A DNA stretch of 58,065 bases, the filler included, from Porpidia crustulata (lineage: Eukaryota), in NCBI GenBank assembly GCA_964255105.1. It is 5 parts of 5 records of this genome, joined end to end, with 100 filler letters (N's around TTAATTAATTAA, not from the genome) between each part and the next. Parts side by side here need not be neighbours in the genome. Positions count along the whole stretch, not along the records: positions 23,274 to 34,807 come from CAXUWE010000642.1; positions 34,908 to 46,437 come from CAXUWE010000643.1; 3 more parts are not named here. One strand, 5' to 3'. A program made the translations under genes and the position numbers. Under the pieces are notes generated by a model. The model saw only the letters and a list, made by a program, of their open reading frames with translations. It did no database searches and had not been told where the DNA came from. Numbering within the stretch: the first letter of the stretch is position 1; each line of letters opens with the position of its first letter. Below are positions 23,274-35,039 of this stretch, piece by piece.

Positions 23274-26200
23274 AAGGGGAAGGGAGGGGGAGTAAATGAT
23301 GTAAAGATTTAACGACGCCAGGGAATGAGGATGGTTTCTTGTTATTGTGTCACTATATAGCAAGGTTCTGTATCTAGACAATTCTCTTTGATTCAAGGGA
23401 TCGATTGAAGACCCGATCATTCAGCAAAAGCAGGAGGTGAATTTATGCAGAGTTTGGAATATAATTGATTTTTTGGTATACAACCTTTCAAGCAATCACG
23501 CTCGTTAAGCCGACATCTTCAGAACGCCGTCCATGAAAAACGCAGTCTGAGGTCATTTCGAATCTATTTGTACACTAAGATGGCCAAGTATCTATATTTT
23601 CAATAGACGGAAATTGAAATAGTCCGTCAAAAGTGTTGGATTTTGTATATCGAGTCTAAGTATTACCTTACGGAAAAGGTACGCGAATAATCACGACTTC
23701 TTTTTCTTCCATTTGGAGGATGAAATTACTCAGGGCGCGGCTATTGCTTGGATTCCTAGGCTTGACCGGGTTTTTATATCTTCGCATCCTCCGAATCGTA
23801 CATCTCGTACTCGATTTGTTTCGTAACAGGCATATCAAATATAAGGAAAACTGATAGACAGAATGATTTTTCTGTATAGAACTTGCTGTTTCGAAACCAG
23901 TTCTGGAACAGAATACGAAAATGTAATGTAACTATATATGGCACTTGAGGATTTCATTTTCCATAGAGGCCTGAAAGCCGAATTGCAAATACGAGCAGCA
24001 GGTCGTAGATCTGAAGCAAAGAAGCAGACTTTGAGAATCAGAAGCTGAAACGAATCCGAGAATCGTCATTCGTGATATCATTCGATAATCACTCAAGAGC
24101 AGTCGCTCAACTGGAGCTGGCGTGCTTACACTTAAGATCGAAAAGCGAGCATGAACATGCCTGATTAGAGACACGAAACCGGGTGACACTGGCAATCGTG
24201 AGTCGTCGCCCGGCCGTGTGCGTCGAGTGCTCGAAACATGATGTTTCAGACATCCGCAGGTGAGCATATGAGCATGTGAACAGTAGCTACGGGAGGTGAG
24301 CTGCCGCAAGGGTTTGCTTTGATTTTGATGGAACGGATGAGTACTCAATATCGTCAGGTCCATGATCAATGATATTGGCAGTTACCAAGACGCTCTCAAG
24401 TGATAAGGTGGACCCTGTGTGCCTGTCTTGCAGCTTCTGCTTACTCAGTCACACTAGAATATTCGCGGATGAAAACTACGCAGCCTTAAGTACATACCGT
24501 CATTCCTCCCCGGTCAATTGCTACCGGGCAAAGAGTGTGGGTACTGGCAACTGTCGGCACCCCAGAATACGAGACGAGTCATCAGACCATACATCGTGTT
24601 GACTCTGATTCCGATATACGCACATGATTACTGCATACTGCGTAAAAGGTTATTTCCTGCTTCAGCTGGTCTCCGGCGACCTCCCGCCGAGGCCATTCGG
24701 CTGCACTCTTGGCTAATCGATTGGTAAATATCCTCTCCGATAGAAGGCAAGCTTTTGCATGCATATGCGAGCGGAAACGCAGTGGCTCCGCCTGGTTGCG
24801 ATTTGTCTATTCTTTGGGTCGATCTCATCCACTGTCCTAAATCAGGTGCGGATAATTATCGTGGGCTCGGTGCTGGCGCGGCTGTCATTCCATGCACAAC
24901 ATCCTACTATGGCCTTTCTTGTTGCTGGAAGGGTCGCGTGAACAGTACAACACCAGGATGTTATCTTAGAAAGCGGCCAGTCATTGTCTCCTGACCAAGC
25001 GATCAACTAGACTCACCGACCTAAACTCGAGTACAATCGGGTGATGGTTTGATGTTGCGAGGCAGATCCTATAGAGGGTCATAAGACTGCGTCAAGTCAA
25101 TGCAGTTGTGCAGACGGAATGCAATGCCCTCAGGGATTGAGCTGAACTGTAGAGATCGTGTTGCCTGAGATCTCACGCTTAGATGCGGGACCAGAGAATG
25201 GAGACGGAAGTTGTCAGGGCTATGCAGTCGTCCTCGCAGGAGGACAAGAGGAAAAGATCAGCGCGAATATGACTGAAATTCAAGATCCAGACAGAGAAGA
25301 GAACATAATAACAAGAATTCGAAAACGTCTACAACGTTATTTCACCACTTCTGTTCATTGAATTCTGCAATCGCTGAAGTTAAACCATTCTTATGAAAAC
25401 AGAAGCGCTCAGCAGCTCGCAGAACGAGTGGTAGGCAGAGCTGATACGATTGAGAGAATTCTGCCAGTGCTGAAAGACCTGGCTACTATTCGCGACGGCG
25501 TGTATCGGATTCCCGACAATAATTGTTTCGAGGAAACGATCGACCTCCTACGGCGATGGACTGCCATCCATTCCAAATCCGGTTTTTGAGAATGCTTTTC
25601 AGACCGACATATCTTCGCCTGTTGTACACATGCTGGAATCATATAATTTTCGATGGTATTCTCCATGAGGAAATGGAATCAACAATATCTGTGGAGCTGA
25701 AAGTTCTTAAGTCTTAGGCTGGCACCAAGCGGAATCAATTTTCATTAATTATCCGTTAATCGAAGCGCAGCCGTAGTGAGCCAGAGAGTCGGTTTCTTGG
25801 TACGGGCTACGGAAGTACCTCTGCATCCGCTTCAATTAGATAATTAGTCGAGTGATCGTCATTAGTTACGGAATACAGCATGCAGGTTGCAGAAGCAAGC
25901 GCATGGTTCTTCTCCAACCGGCCACAGAAAGATTCCGGCGAGGCATGATTTTTTGGGTACGACCGACTCTATGGACAACCGGGGTATTCTGGTCGTTATG
26001 ACATAAGGTAATGCAACTAAGGTTACGAGGTATCCTGGTCGATAATAATACCATCAACCAAAGCTGAGACGTTAATTATCTCCCTAGTCCGTATCATGGT
26101 CAAATTTGGCATTGTAAATCCTGCCGCTTTTGGCTCTTACTCTAAGCACACCAAGAGTAAGGTAGCCTTCAGGGCTCTCCTTTGGGAAAGTAGTGGACCA

Positions 26201-26470
26201 GAAGCGCGCCTTTGCACCCTGATATGCTTTATCGATTCTACGTATTTTATCCGTAATTTTGGTTCTGGCCCAAAGATGAGAGGCATTCTCATGGGTAAGG
26301 TGAGGTACGTATGTATGTATGTAGTTAGCCTTTCGTGCCCATGTGCGCCTAGATTTTAGGAGTCCTAACAACTTAATCTTTCTTCTTACCCTTCTCTTCT
26401 ATCGTACGTCTTCGATCATTTCTCCAGCTTCCTCGATTCAATTACACTCGCTTCTTCATTCGTTTTCCTC

Positions 26471-27930
26471 ATGGACCATCAACAACAGTTCAACTTCTCC
26501 CATCATGGGACTGCTACAAGCAGTGCTATCCCCAGCACCATAGGAACCCCGATCCGCCCTGGGTCACCCAATTATAGCGAACATCAAGATCATATTGAAC
26601 CCGCTCCTCGCAATCCTTTTGGAACTCCTTTTGCCTCGGGACCAGTTTCAGCCAATGCTTCTTCTTCTGCATTGAATTTGCATCAACAGCGCGAGAACCA
26701 GAAGTACTTCCATTCACGACGGGTAAAGAAAGGCGAAATCGAGAGACCTTGGTTGGATAGGAAAGATCCGAAAGAGAAATGGGTCACCATCATCCCTTTG
26801 ATTGGCCTTGCTCTTGGTTTTGCACTGGCGGGATTTCTTGTGTATGATGGACTTCGGACCGTCGTACACCACCAGTACTGCCCAATCTTAACCGAAGACT
26901 GGTCCAATGGCTTCAATACTAAGGTCTGGACAAAAGAAGCTGAAGTCGGTGGATTCGGGTCAGACTGCTCCGTCTCCAAATTTCATCAAGTACTAATATG
27001 ATGTGCAGAAACGGCCAATTCGAAGAGACCACCATCACTGAAGAGAATGTCTTCATCCAAAACGGAGCGCTACACATCAAACCAACCCTACAGGATGCTA
27101 ATCTCATCAACACCAATGGCGTTCTTGATTTACAAAAACAGGGAATCTGTACTTCCAATGTCTGGTCGAACTGCCATGCTGCCACCAACCTCACCAATGG
27201 CTCTATCATTAATCCCGTCAAATCGGGCCGTATCAACACCAAAAAGGGCGCCACCATCAAATATGGACGTATTGAGGTGACCGCTACACTCCCATCCGGA
27301 GACTGGATGTGGCCTGCAATCTGGTTGATGCCAGTCAACAGCGTATATGGTCAATGGCCCAAATCCGGAGAAATCGATATCGCAGAATCTCGTGGCAACA
27401 ATTATACCTATGCACAGGGTGGCAACAACATTATTTCAAGCGCCCTTCACTGGGGACCTAATACTGCTAATGATGCTTGGTGGAGGACCAATGTGAAGCG
27501 CAATGCCTTACATACTACTTTCACTAAGAAACCTCATACTTTTGGCTTGGAATGGAGTGAGAAATACATCTTCACGTACATTGACACCCGCCTTCTCCAG
27601 GTCTTGTACACCAATTTCGATCAATCCTTGTGGGCTCGTGGAAACTTCCCGCTCTCGGACTCGAACGGAACACGCTTGGTCGATCCATGGAGTCAAACCG
27701 GTAACAAAGCTACTCCTTTTGATCAGGAATTCTATCTCATTCTCAATGTTGGAGTTGGTGGTACCAACGGTTGGTTTAAAGACGGTGCTTCTGGGAAACC
27801 TTGGGTGGACCAATCTTTGACTGCAAAGAAAGACTTCTGGGAGGCCCGTAACTCGTGGCTCCCAACTTGGCAAGACGCTGGCGAGATGATCGTCACAAGT
27901 GTAAAAATATCGCAGGAAGGGGCGTGCTAG
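26471..27930 (+). CDS. Glycoside hydrolase family 16 (beta-1,3-glucanase/glucan-binding type) with cytoplasmic N-tail and one transmembrane anchor
   Basis: Ser/Pro-rich N-tail, KYFHSRR, TM segment WVTIIPLIGLALGFALAGFLVY, GDWMWPAIWLMP, catalytic SGEIDIAESRG (ExDxxE), PFDQEFYLILNVGVGG; intron 26959-27008. Confidence 0.94.
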
Positions 27931-30900
27931 ATGATCTGTAATCCTTGCGATGTTATGAACATAGACTTTCGTGGAGTTTATTTTGGGTATGAATGGCGCA
28001 TAAGAGCTTGGAAACGGGCTTTGGAGTTTTTGGCTCGACTGTTTTGGACCCGTTCTATGCACAAAACTTGGAGATGTACAAGCTGTCCTAAGTCTTGGTA
28101 TATACTGCAGCTTAACATAATACATAATTACACTCCATATACCTATCCTCCAACTCGTGCGATCTGGAGACCATCACCCTGACGTCGTCAATAAGTCTTG
28201 CGCGTATTTTTTAGTTTCCCGATTGCCGGTGCTTTCGATGCATCACACCACGGATCCAATTCTACAGCGTCGAACAGCTAGAAATGCACAGAACGTTCTC
28301 GTTCGTGCTGCACGCAGAGCCTCACATCACAAGTGACGGGGTCCTGAGCCCCTAATCAGGACACGCGACAGCACAATGCATGTGGCAGCAGATGGCCCTG
28401 ACGCGGGGACAGATCAGGACCAAACGCGTGCTCTATGACGGATCCATCAACGCCTCTCATCTCGCTGCCTCCCGATCGGTCACCGTAATGTTAGGTATCG
28501 CGCTTTGAGGCGCCTCAATCAAAGTGCATGAGTGATCTGAGCGTAGTGCAGGTGGTGTGGCTGCATCTAGACACGGTTACAGAGAGCCTCACGAATTTGT
28601 ACCAGCTGGAAAACATTCTAAATTCTTAATCCAGATATTATCCCTATCCGATCTTCGAGATTTGAATCTACACAATCCAGCACTATGATACGAATTCGGC
28701 ACGATCTGCCACACATCCAGCAATCGATTGCGAGCAACATCTAATCTCAGATTGATCGACTTAAGCACGCCAAGTGACCAGATGAGGTAGATCTTCCAGC
28801 ACAAATTACAATACGACGTATCTTGATTTGTTCCATACCATCCTGGCTGTTCCATCTGAAGCTTTTGAGTCAAAAACCTAGAGAACGACTTGACTACCAC
28901 ATACAACTTATCAGTGATCATTCCGCACGGCTGTGTTTTGCCTTCCCATGGGTATAAGTACCGTAGAGTATGATGTGGCAAGGCAGGAACGTGGTTATTC
29001 TGTATGTTACGCCGCTTTTGCAAGACTTAACCACGGTAACCGTCAACGCAGTTCCTGGATTTTCATAGTACTGCCCCTAGCGAATTTCTCTACCCGCAGG
29101 CACGCACGCAAACACTACTAAACACTAGAGAACAGACCGTACATCCTTTTCTGCCCAACAATTTTCTCGGTGGAAAACTGATCCGACCCACCCTGAATAG
29201 CTCCCATTGTGTCTGACCGCAGCGTGTGGTTTGACGTGGTTACACACGAGCGTGGGACGACCATCGTACGACCATTCGCGGTCGCACAGGAGGCGCCTGT
29301 CAAAGGCATTGCTCGCCTCGAACTACGAAAAGTGAGAGGGGCATACAACCATTTCGATACGAGACCGTAACACGAGAGGACTAAAGAAGCTGAAGCGGGA
29401 GGTATGACCCTACGGTCCCTGCCTCAAACTTATGCCTATGAGTTCCAACTTCCACAACTTTACAAGGCTTGGAGTGTGCCGGATGCCCGGCTCTCATCTT
29501 CTATACCATGAACATGCATGGGCTGGGGAAGTGAACCATCACTCTTGGCAATTGGCGATTGGCGAGCCATGTTGTTTTACCCCCTCATGCATACGCCGTC
29601 CACGGTAGGATCTTCTGAACGGAATCGGAGAATTAAAAATTATAAATGAAGTGACAACGCTATGAGCTGCCAAGCATTTGCCAATTTACAATTCGACTAA
29701 CCGCGTGGCTAGTTTACAGGTGGCTCAACCTTATCGGCTCATCATGGATTAGAGACCTCAAGGAATCGAGAGAGATATAGCGATACATTATCCAACTGCA
29801 CACTATGCTTATCGACTACCGAGAGTTCGGCCTACAACAACCATGAAGCACATCGAAAACTTGATAGCAACAGGATCGCACCAATTATGTGGCGTATGTC
29901 GTCTAGCAAATTAAAATTGATTGGGGATCTGTGGGTAATTGCTGGCTTGTAGACTTGCCTGGGGTCCAAACATGCACGTACAGGGTCAATTCCATGCGTG
30001 GTCGGTTGCCGGCCAGGAATAGAAGTACAGGAGCGGCACCAGTGGGTCCAGTCCAGCGACTATCACACCCACTGGACTAGGCCCTGCTAGTACGGGGACT
30101 GGTACTATTTTCTCTTCTTATACGGGGTAACGAATTTAACAATACCTTAGTCGTCCTCAACGGCCTGGACGGGCGCTAATTCGATCGCCAGAAATGGCTA
30201 GAGGCGAAGGCGACTACCTACCTCTTTCCAACACTCTTGAGGGCGCAATCTCCCAAAAAGTTCAAATCGAACGTCTAAAATGGTGAGCGCATCTAAAGTG
30301 GGTCCTCATCTAACCACTTTCATGCACCATCACCATGCAAGACCTCTCTATTTGGAGATCGCGTTCTCGGCCTGCCGCTCGTGGGAGGACTGTGGCAAGT
30401 AATCAGCGCTTTGAACTTCATGCCACGCTCGTATCATGCTTTGGCCATACTTTGCGCTCAATGCCACGCTCCCTTTGCTACGTCGAACCTCACTCCTTTT
30501 GTCTCCAGGTCGGTAAGCATTGCAGTGGGGCTAAAGCATAGAAGCTGTAAAGCAACGCTTTCTGAGCTGCTCCACACGGGGAAAACATCGCTGTACTCTC
30601 ACGGTGATGTAGTGACCACATCTGGATTGCTGTTGGTACGGTAGATTTCATTAGAGGGTTTGCCTAGATTCTTGTTGCCGCTCTCCATTTGAGAGGTGGG
30701 CGTCAACCATAGTCCGTGGGATTGATATGCTTGAGACACCAGCAGGTATTGTATTGATTGAACCCCTGGCAAGGATTCCTACTAGGGTACTGATAGTCCT
30801 CTTGTGTCAGGTACCATGGCATTCAGCACCAGGTTAATTGTTCAATTTGGCCCGATTGATTGCTGTGGCGGCCTGCTTTCGGAAAGGCTCGCATTCTGTA

Positions 30901-31515
30901 ACGGACTAGATCGTGTGGTATCTTTGGGATGCCAGCGATCTGCCGTATCTCGATGCTCGTATTTCTTACATCACTTACAGCCCCTACGATAAAAAAAAGT
31001 AGGCACTGGGAAGAAAGTCTTTCTTTGTCAGCGCTGTTGGTGTGGGCGGAGAGTCCAGGCTATTCGTTCTTCTCCTCTCACTAGGCCTTCCAATAATAAT
31101 TAATTCCCCAAGCATTTCTGTCATTCACGTTTTTCTCCTCTCTTCATCCTTCAACCACCCTCGTTCCTCCACAGCGACGTCGCGGTCGACCACCAATTGT
31201 CGGGACTCAGAGGCTACCTGCATCGTCACAAGGTTTGCTCTGAGCAGGACCCCAGGTGTATGTATCTTTCCGTCTTCTGCGTGCGTGCAATGCAAGCTTA
31301 AGACTGACGAGCCGATAAGATAGTGTAGTGGTGGACCGCCCTATGTTTGCCATTTGAATCATCTTTGTCAATCTACACTCGTTGTCAGCAATCATAGTTC
31401 AGCATTCGTTTGTCAGGTCCTCACTGGTTTTCACATTCGCTCTCCCCTACCAATTCTTGACCAACGCTTGATCAATTCTTCAGCTTGCAGCAGTTAGCCG
31501 CTGAAATCAATAATA

Positions 31516-34500
31516 ATGGGTATCGGTAATTATTTCAAACCTAAGGCGGCGAAGGGACAGCCGGTCCCTGCCACTGATCCTTTGACGGAGATGTCTGAGA
31601 AAAATCCCACTCGATTTGGGAACAACATGGAGATGAGTGCCACCGGGACCCCACGAAACATGTCTTCAAGGGCGTCTATCGCCCCATCAACCCGAAGCTC
31701 TTACTATGTCGACGAGATTAAGCATGAAGTAATGGTAAATTACCTTCATCAGCAACAATGCTCTCACATGTGGGTCGATGACATGAGGAGTGGTGAAAGA
31801 GAAGGTGTCTTGTTGAGAAAAAGCCGCAACAACTACCTTGCTTGCCCCCCAGATTTGGTACACTCTCACTTCGCCATGGCGATAGGGCAATTGAACTGTC
31901 AGGTCAGTAGCTTCCCGCTTCGAAATAATACTTCAAGGCTCATGTAATGCAGGTTGCCATGACGGTGAACTCTCGGGTTATCAAGACCTTCCTTGGATGG
32001 TCACCCGACGCAGTCGATGTGCCATTGATGAACGGTCTGCGTGTGCAGATTCTGCCCAGCGTCGCCGACCTGCCAAGAGCGCGCAAGCATCAGTTTGCTG
32101 CCTTTCTCGCGGAGGAGCAAATGTTGGTGGTATGGGATGACGATGCTCTCCACTTGATCCAACGTGCCAAGGCTATTGAATCAGAGCTTATGGAGCTTGT
32201 ATGGAAAACTGGCGAGCCCGAAGAGGTCGAGGAAGGGCAAGCCACCAAGAAGGGCCCAAAAGTCTCAGAACTCGAAATTGATGAGGAGTCCGGTGCCATC
32301 TTGCCTCAAAGTCGACCTACTCACCTCCTCAACACCATCCTCGTTGCTTTCACTCTGGTCCTTATCGTTACCGTCTTAGGTGCTGGTTTCCGCGAGCTTG
32401 CCATTGAAATTGACATCGATCAAAGTTACATGCGTCTTGCCTTTGTCGCTTTAACACCTGTGCAAATATTCTTCACCTTGGTAAGACTGACCAACGATGT
32501 TGTTTCAACTTCTCGAAGCTAAACGTGCTCCAGTTCTTTGCTCAGGTTATCGTGGGTTGTATCGCTCAATGCATCGGTCCTGTTCGCCAGATGTGTATGA
32601 ACTCCAAGTTCTACTCTGCAACTTGTTCACCTCGTCTTGTGGACCGAACTTTGCCACATGTAACGATTCAGTGTCCAGTCTACAAAGAAGGGCTGCATTC
32701 CGTCATTGCACCTACCGTGAAGTCCATCAAGCAGGCGATTTCGACTTACGAACTTCAAGGAGGCTCTGCGAACATGTTCATCAATGACGATGGGCTTCAA
32801 ATCATCGACGAAGAAGAGCGACAGGCACGCATTGACTTTTACGCCGACCACTCTATTGGATGGACTGCTCGTCCCAAGCATGGTAAAGATGGTTTCGTCC
32901 GGAAAGGAAAATTCAAGAAGGTATGTCATTTTATACTTGATTTCTTTTTTTGTTGCACAAGCCAGGGTCCAATATGTTTCCGGATCCCGTACGGCCTAAA
33001 TAAGGCTTTGATTGGCCTAGTTCCTTTCAAAACCGCCCCGTGACCACTCCTTCCCATGTTTGGCTTGCGGTGGCGCAAATATCATAGCTGAATTTGGGCA
33101 ATTGAACGAATCAAATCGCTAACCATACCATTTTAGGCCTCGAACATGAACTTCGGTCTGATGATTTCTTGCCGTGTTGAGGAGAAACTGCAACTGTATG
33201 ATCGTCCCTTTGATTGGTCGCAAGCCGACGAAGCGGTCGCCTATGAAAAGTGCCTCAAAGAAGTCCTTGATGAGAGTCAAATTGCATGGGCCGATGGCAA
33301 CATTCGGATCGGCGACTATGTGCTTCTTATCGACTCGGACACTCGTGTTCCTGCTGACTGTCTTCTTGATGCTGCCTCCGAAATGGAGCAGTCCCCAGAT
33401 GTGGGCATTATGCAATTCACCTCTGGTGTCATGCAGGTCGTCAACACGTACTTCGAGAACGGCATCACCTTTTTCACCAACTTGATTTACTCGGCCATCA
33501 AGTACACGGTCTCAAACGGCGATGTTGCTCCCTTTGTTGGTCACAACGCTATCCTTCGCTGGGCTGCCATTCAACAGGTCTCTTACGTAGACGAGGACGG
33601 TTACGAGAAATTCTGGTCTGAGTCTCACGTATCGGAAGATTTCGACATGTCACTCCGTCTACAGTGCAATGGTTTTATCATTCGCCTCGCCGGATGGGCC
33701 GATGAGGGCTTCAAAGAAGGTGTCTCGCTTACAGTCTACGATGAACTTGCTCGGTGGGAAAAGTACGCTTATGGCTGCAACGAACTTCTTTTTCATCCGA
33801 TGCGCAAGTGGATCTACAAGGGTCCTTTCACCCCCCTCTTCCGCCGCTTCTTATTCTCCAACATTCGTTTCACCTCGAAAATCACCATCGTTTCTTACAT
33901 TGGTACATACTACGCCATCGGAGCCGCATGGATTATGACAACTGCCAACTACTTTGCCATTGGATGGTTCAACGGATACCTAGATAAGTACTACATTGAC
34001 TCCTGGAAGGTTTGGTTTTCCATTGTCATCGTCTTCAACGGACTCGGCAATGTAGCTCTTGCTGCAATGAGATATCGTGACGACAAGGGTGGTTTCATCT
34101 CCAATCGTAAGTCGTCTATTTCTCACAAAATCTCTCGCTAACTTGTTCCTCAGTGATTATGAACTTTAAATGGACATTCATGCTTTGCATCTTCCTTGGC
34201 GGTCTTTCTCTCCACGTCTCCGCTGCCCTTCTCTCTCACATGTTCGAAATCGACATGACCTGGGGTGCCACTTCCAAAGAAATGGAGTTTTCGAATTTCT
34301 TCATCGAAGTTCCCAAAGTGCTCAAACGCTTCAAGTTCAGCATGGCCTTTTCGATATTCGGCATCGTCGGTATGATTCTCCTCGCCACAGGGTCGTTCAT
34401 CCCCCCGGATTGGCAAATCAAAGATTTCGTTGCCATCTTGCCCATGGCGACGGTGACGGCTAGTCACTTGCTGTTGCCAATTGTGCTCAACCCAGCATTG

Positions 34501-34518
34501 ATGACGTTCTCGTGGTAA
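31516..34518 (+). CDS. Glycosyltransferase family 2, processive multi-TM polysaccharide-synthase-like protein, 5 exons
   Basis: LPHVTIQCPVYKEG, INDDG, FKK/ASNMN, LIDSDTRVP, FVGHNAILR, SEDFD, ELARWEKYAYG; 2 N-terminal and about 4-5 C-terminal TM segments; introns 31903-31952, 32481-32533, 32921-33136, 34107-34153. Confidence 0.93.
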
Positions 34519-34807
34519 AAGAATTTGATATTATGATTCTTTTTTTTGAACCTTCGAAGCCGATACGCGCCTTACCTGACGCCTATATTTTTCTTTTAAT
34601 CGATGATCAGCCTATTTGTCTCGGGGAGTTTGGGATAGACATGAAAGAGAAACACACATACCATCCGGCGTTCTTTGGATCCGGTCCACATTCGCTTGTG
34701 TTACGATCTCAGGTGGGGTATATTGATGGATCTACACTCGCTTTACATATGACAGGAGGGAGGATGGGTAGTAACATAATCTGGCCGGAGGGGGATGTGG
34801 GGGATGT

Positions 34808-34907
34808 NNNNNNNNNNNNNNNNNNNNNNNNNNNNNNNNNNNNNNNNNNNNTTAATTAATTAANNNNNNNNNNNNNNNNNNNNNNNNNNNNNNNNNNNNN
34901 NNNNNNN
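34808..34907. other. Artificial contig spacer
   Basis: N44-TTAATTAATTAA-N44. Confidence 0.98.
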
Positions 34908-35039
34908 CCCCGGATCCGACGCGTTGTTCGCCGCGAGGATCGTGTTCGCGGCCGGCGCATAGGCCACGCCATCCACCCGGTTCGGCGTGCTGGGCGTGCC
35001 CGCCACGGCTGTCGAGACATTCAGCGTCGGACCTACGGC
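34908..35039 (-). other. Non-GMC coding fragment fused in frame at the contig end (possibly bacterial, chimeric assembly)
   Basis: After ...AHSRNAAGTV the GMC consensus (xLRSxDPxDxPxINF) is replaced by AVGPTLNVSTAVAGTPSTPNRVDGVAYAPAANTILAANNASDPG. Confidence 0.5.

Noticed and set aside
24663..24703. GC-rich hairpin; also palindrome TTGAGGCGCCTCAA at 28505 and inverted 9-mer at 30039/30067
   Set aside because: Single occurrences without supporting context; could arise by chance.
27931..31515. Short ORFs between GH16 and GT2
   Set aside because: None has family motifs; the region looks like a long promoter and 5' UTR with a probable UTR intron near 31256-31323.
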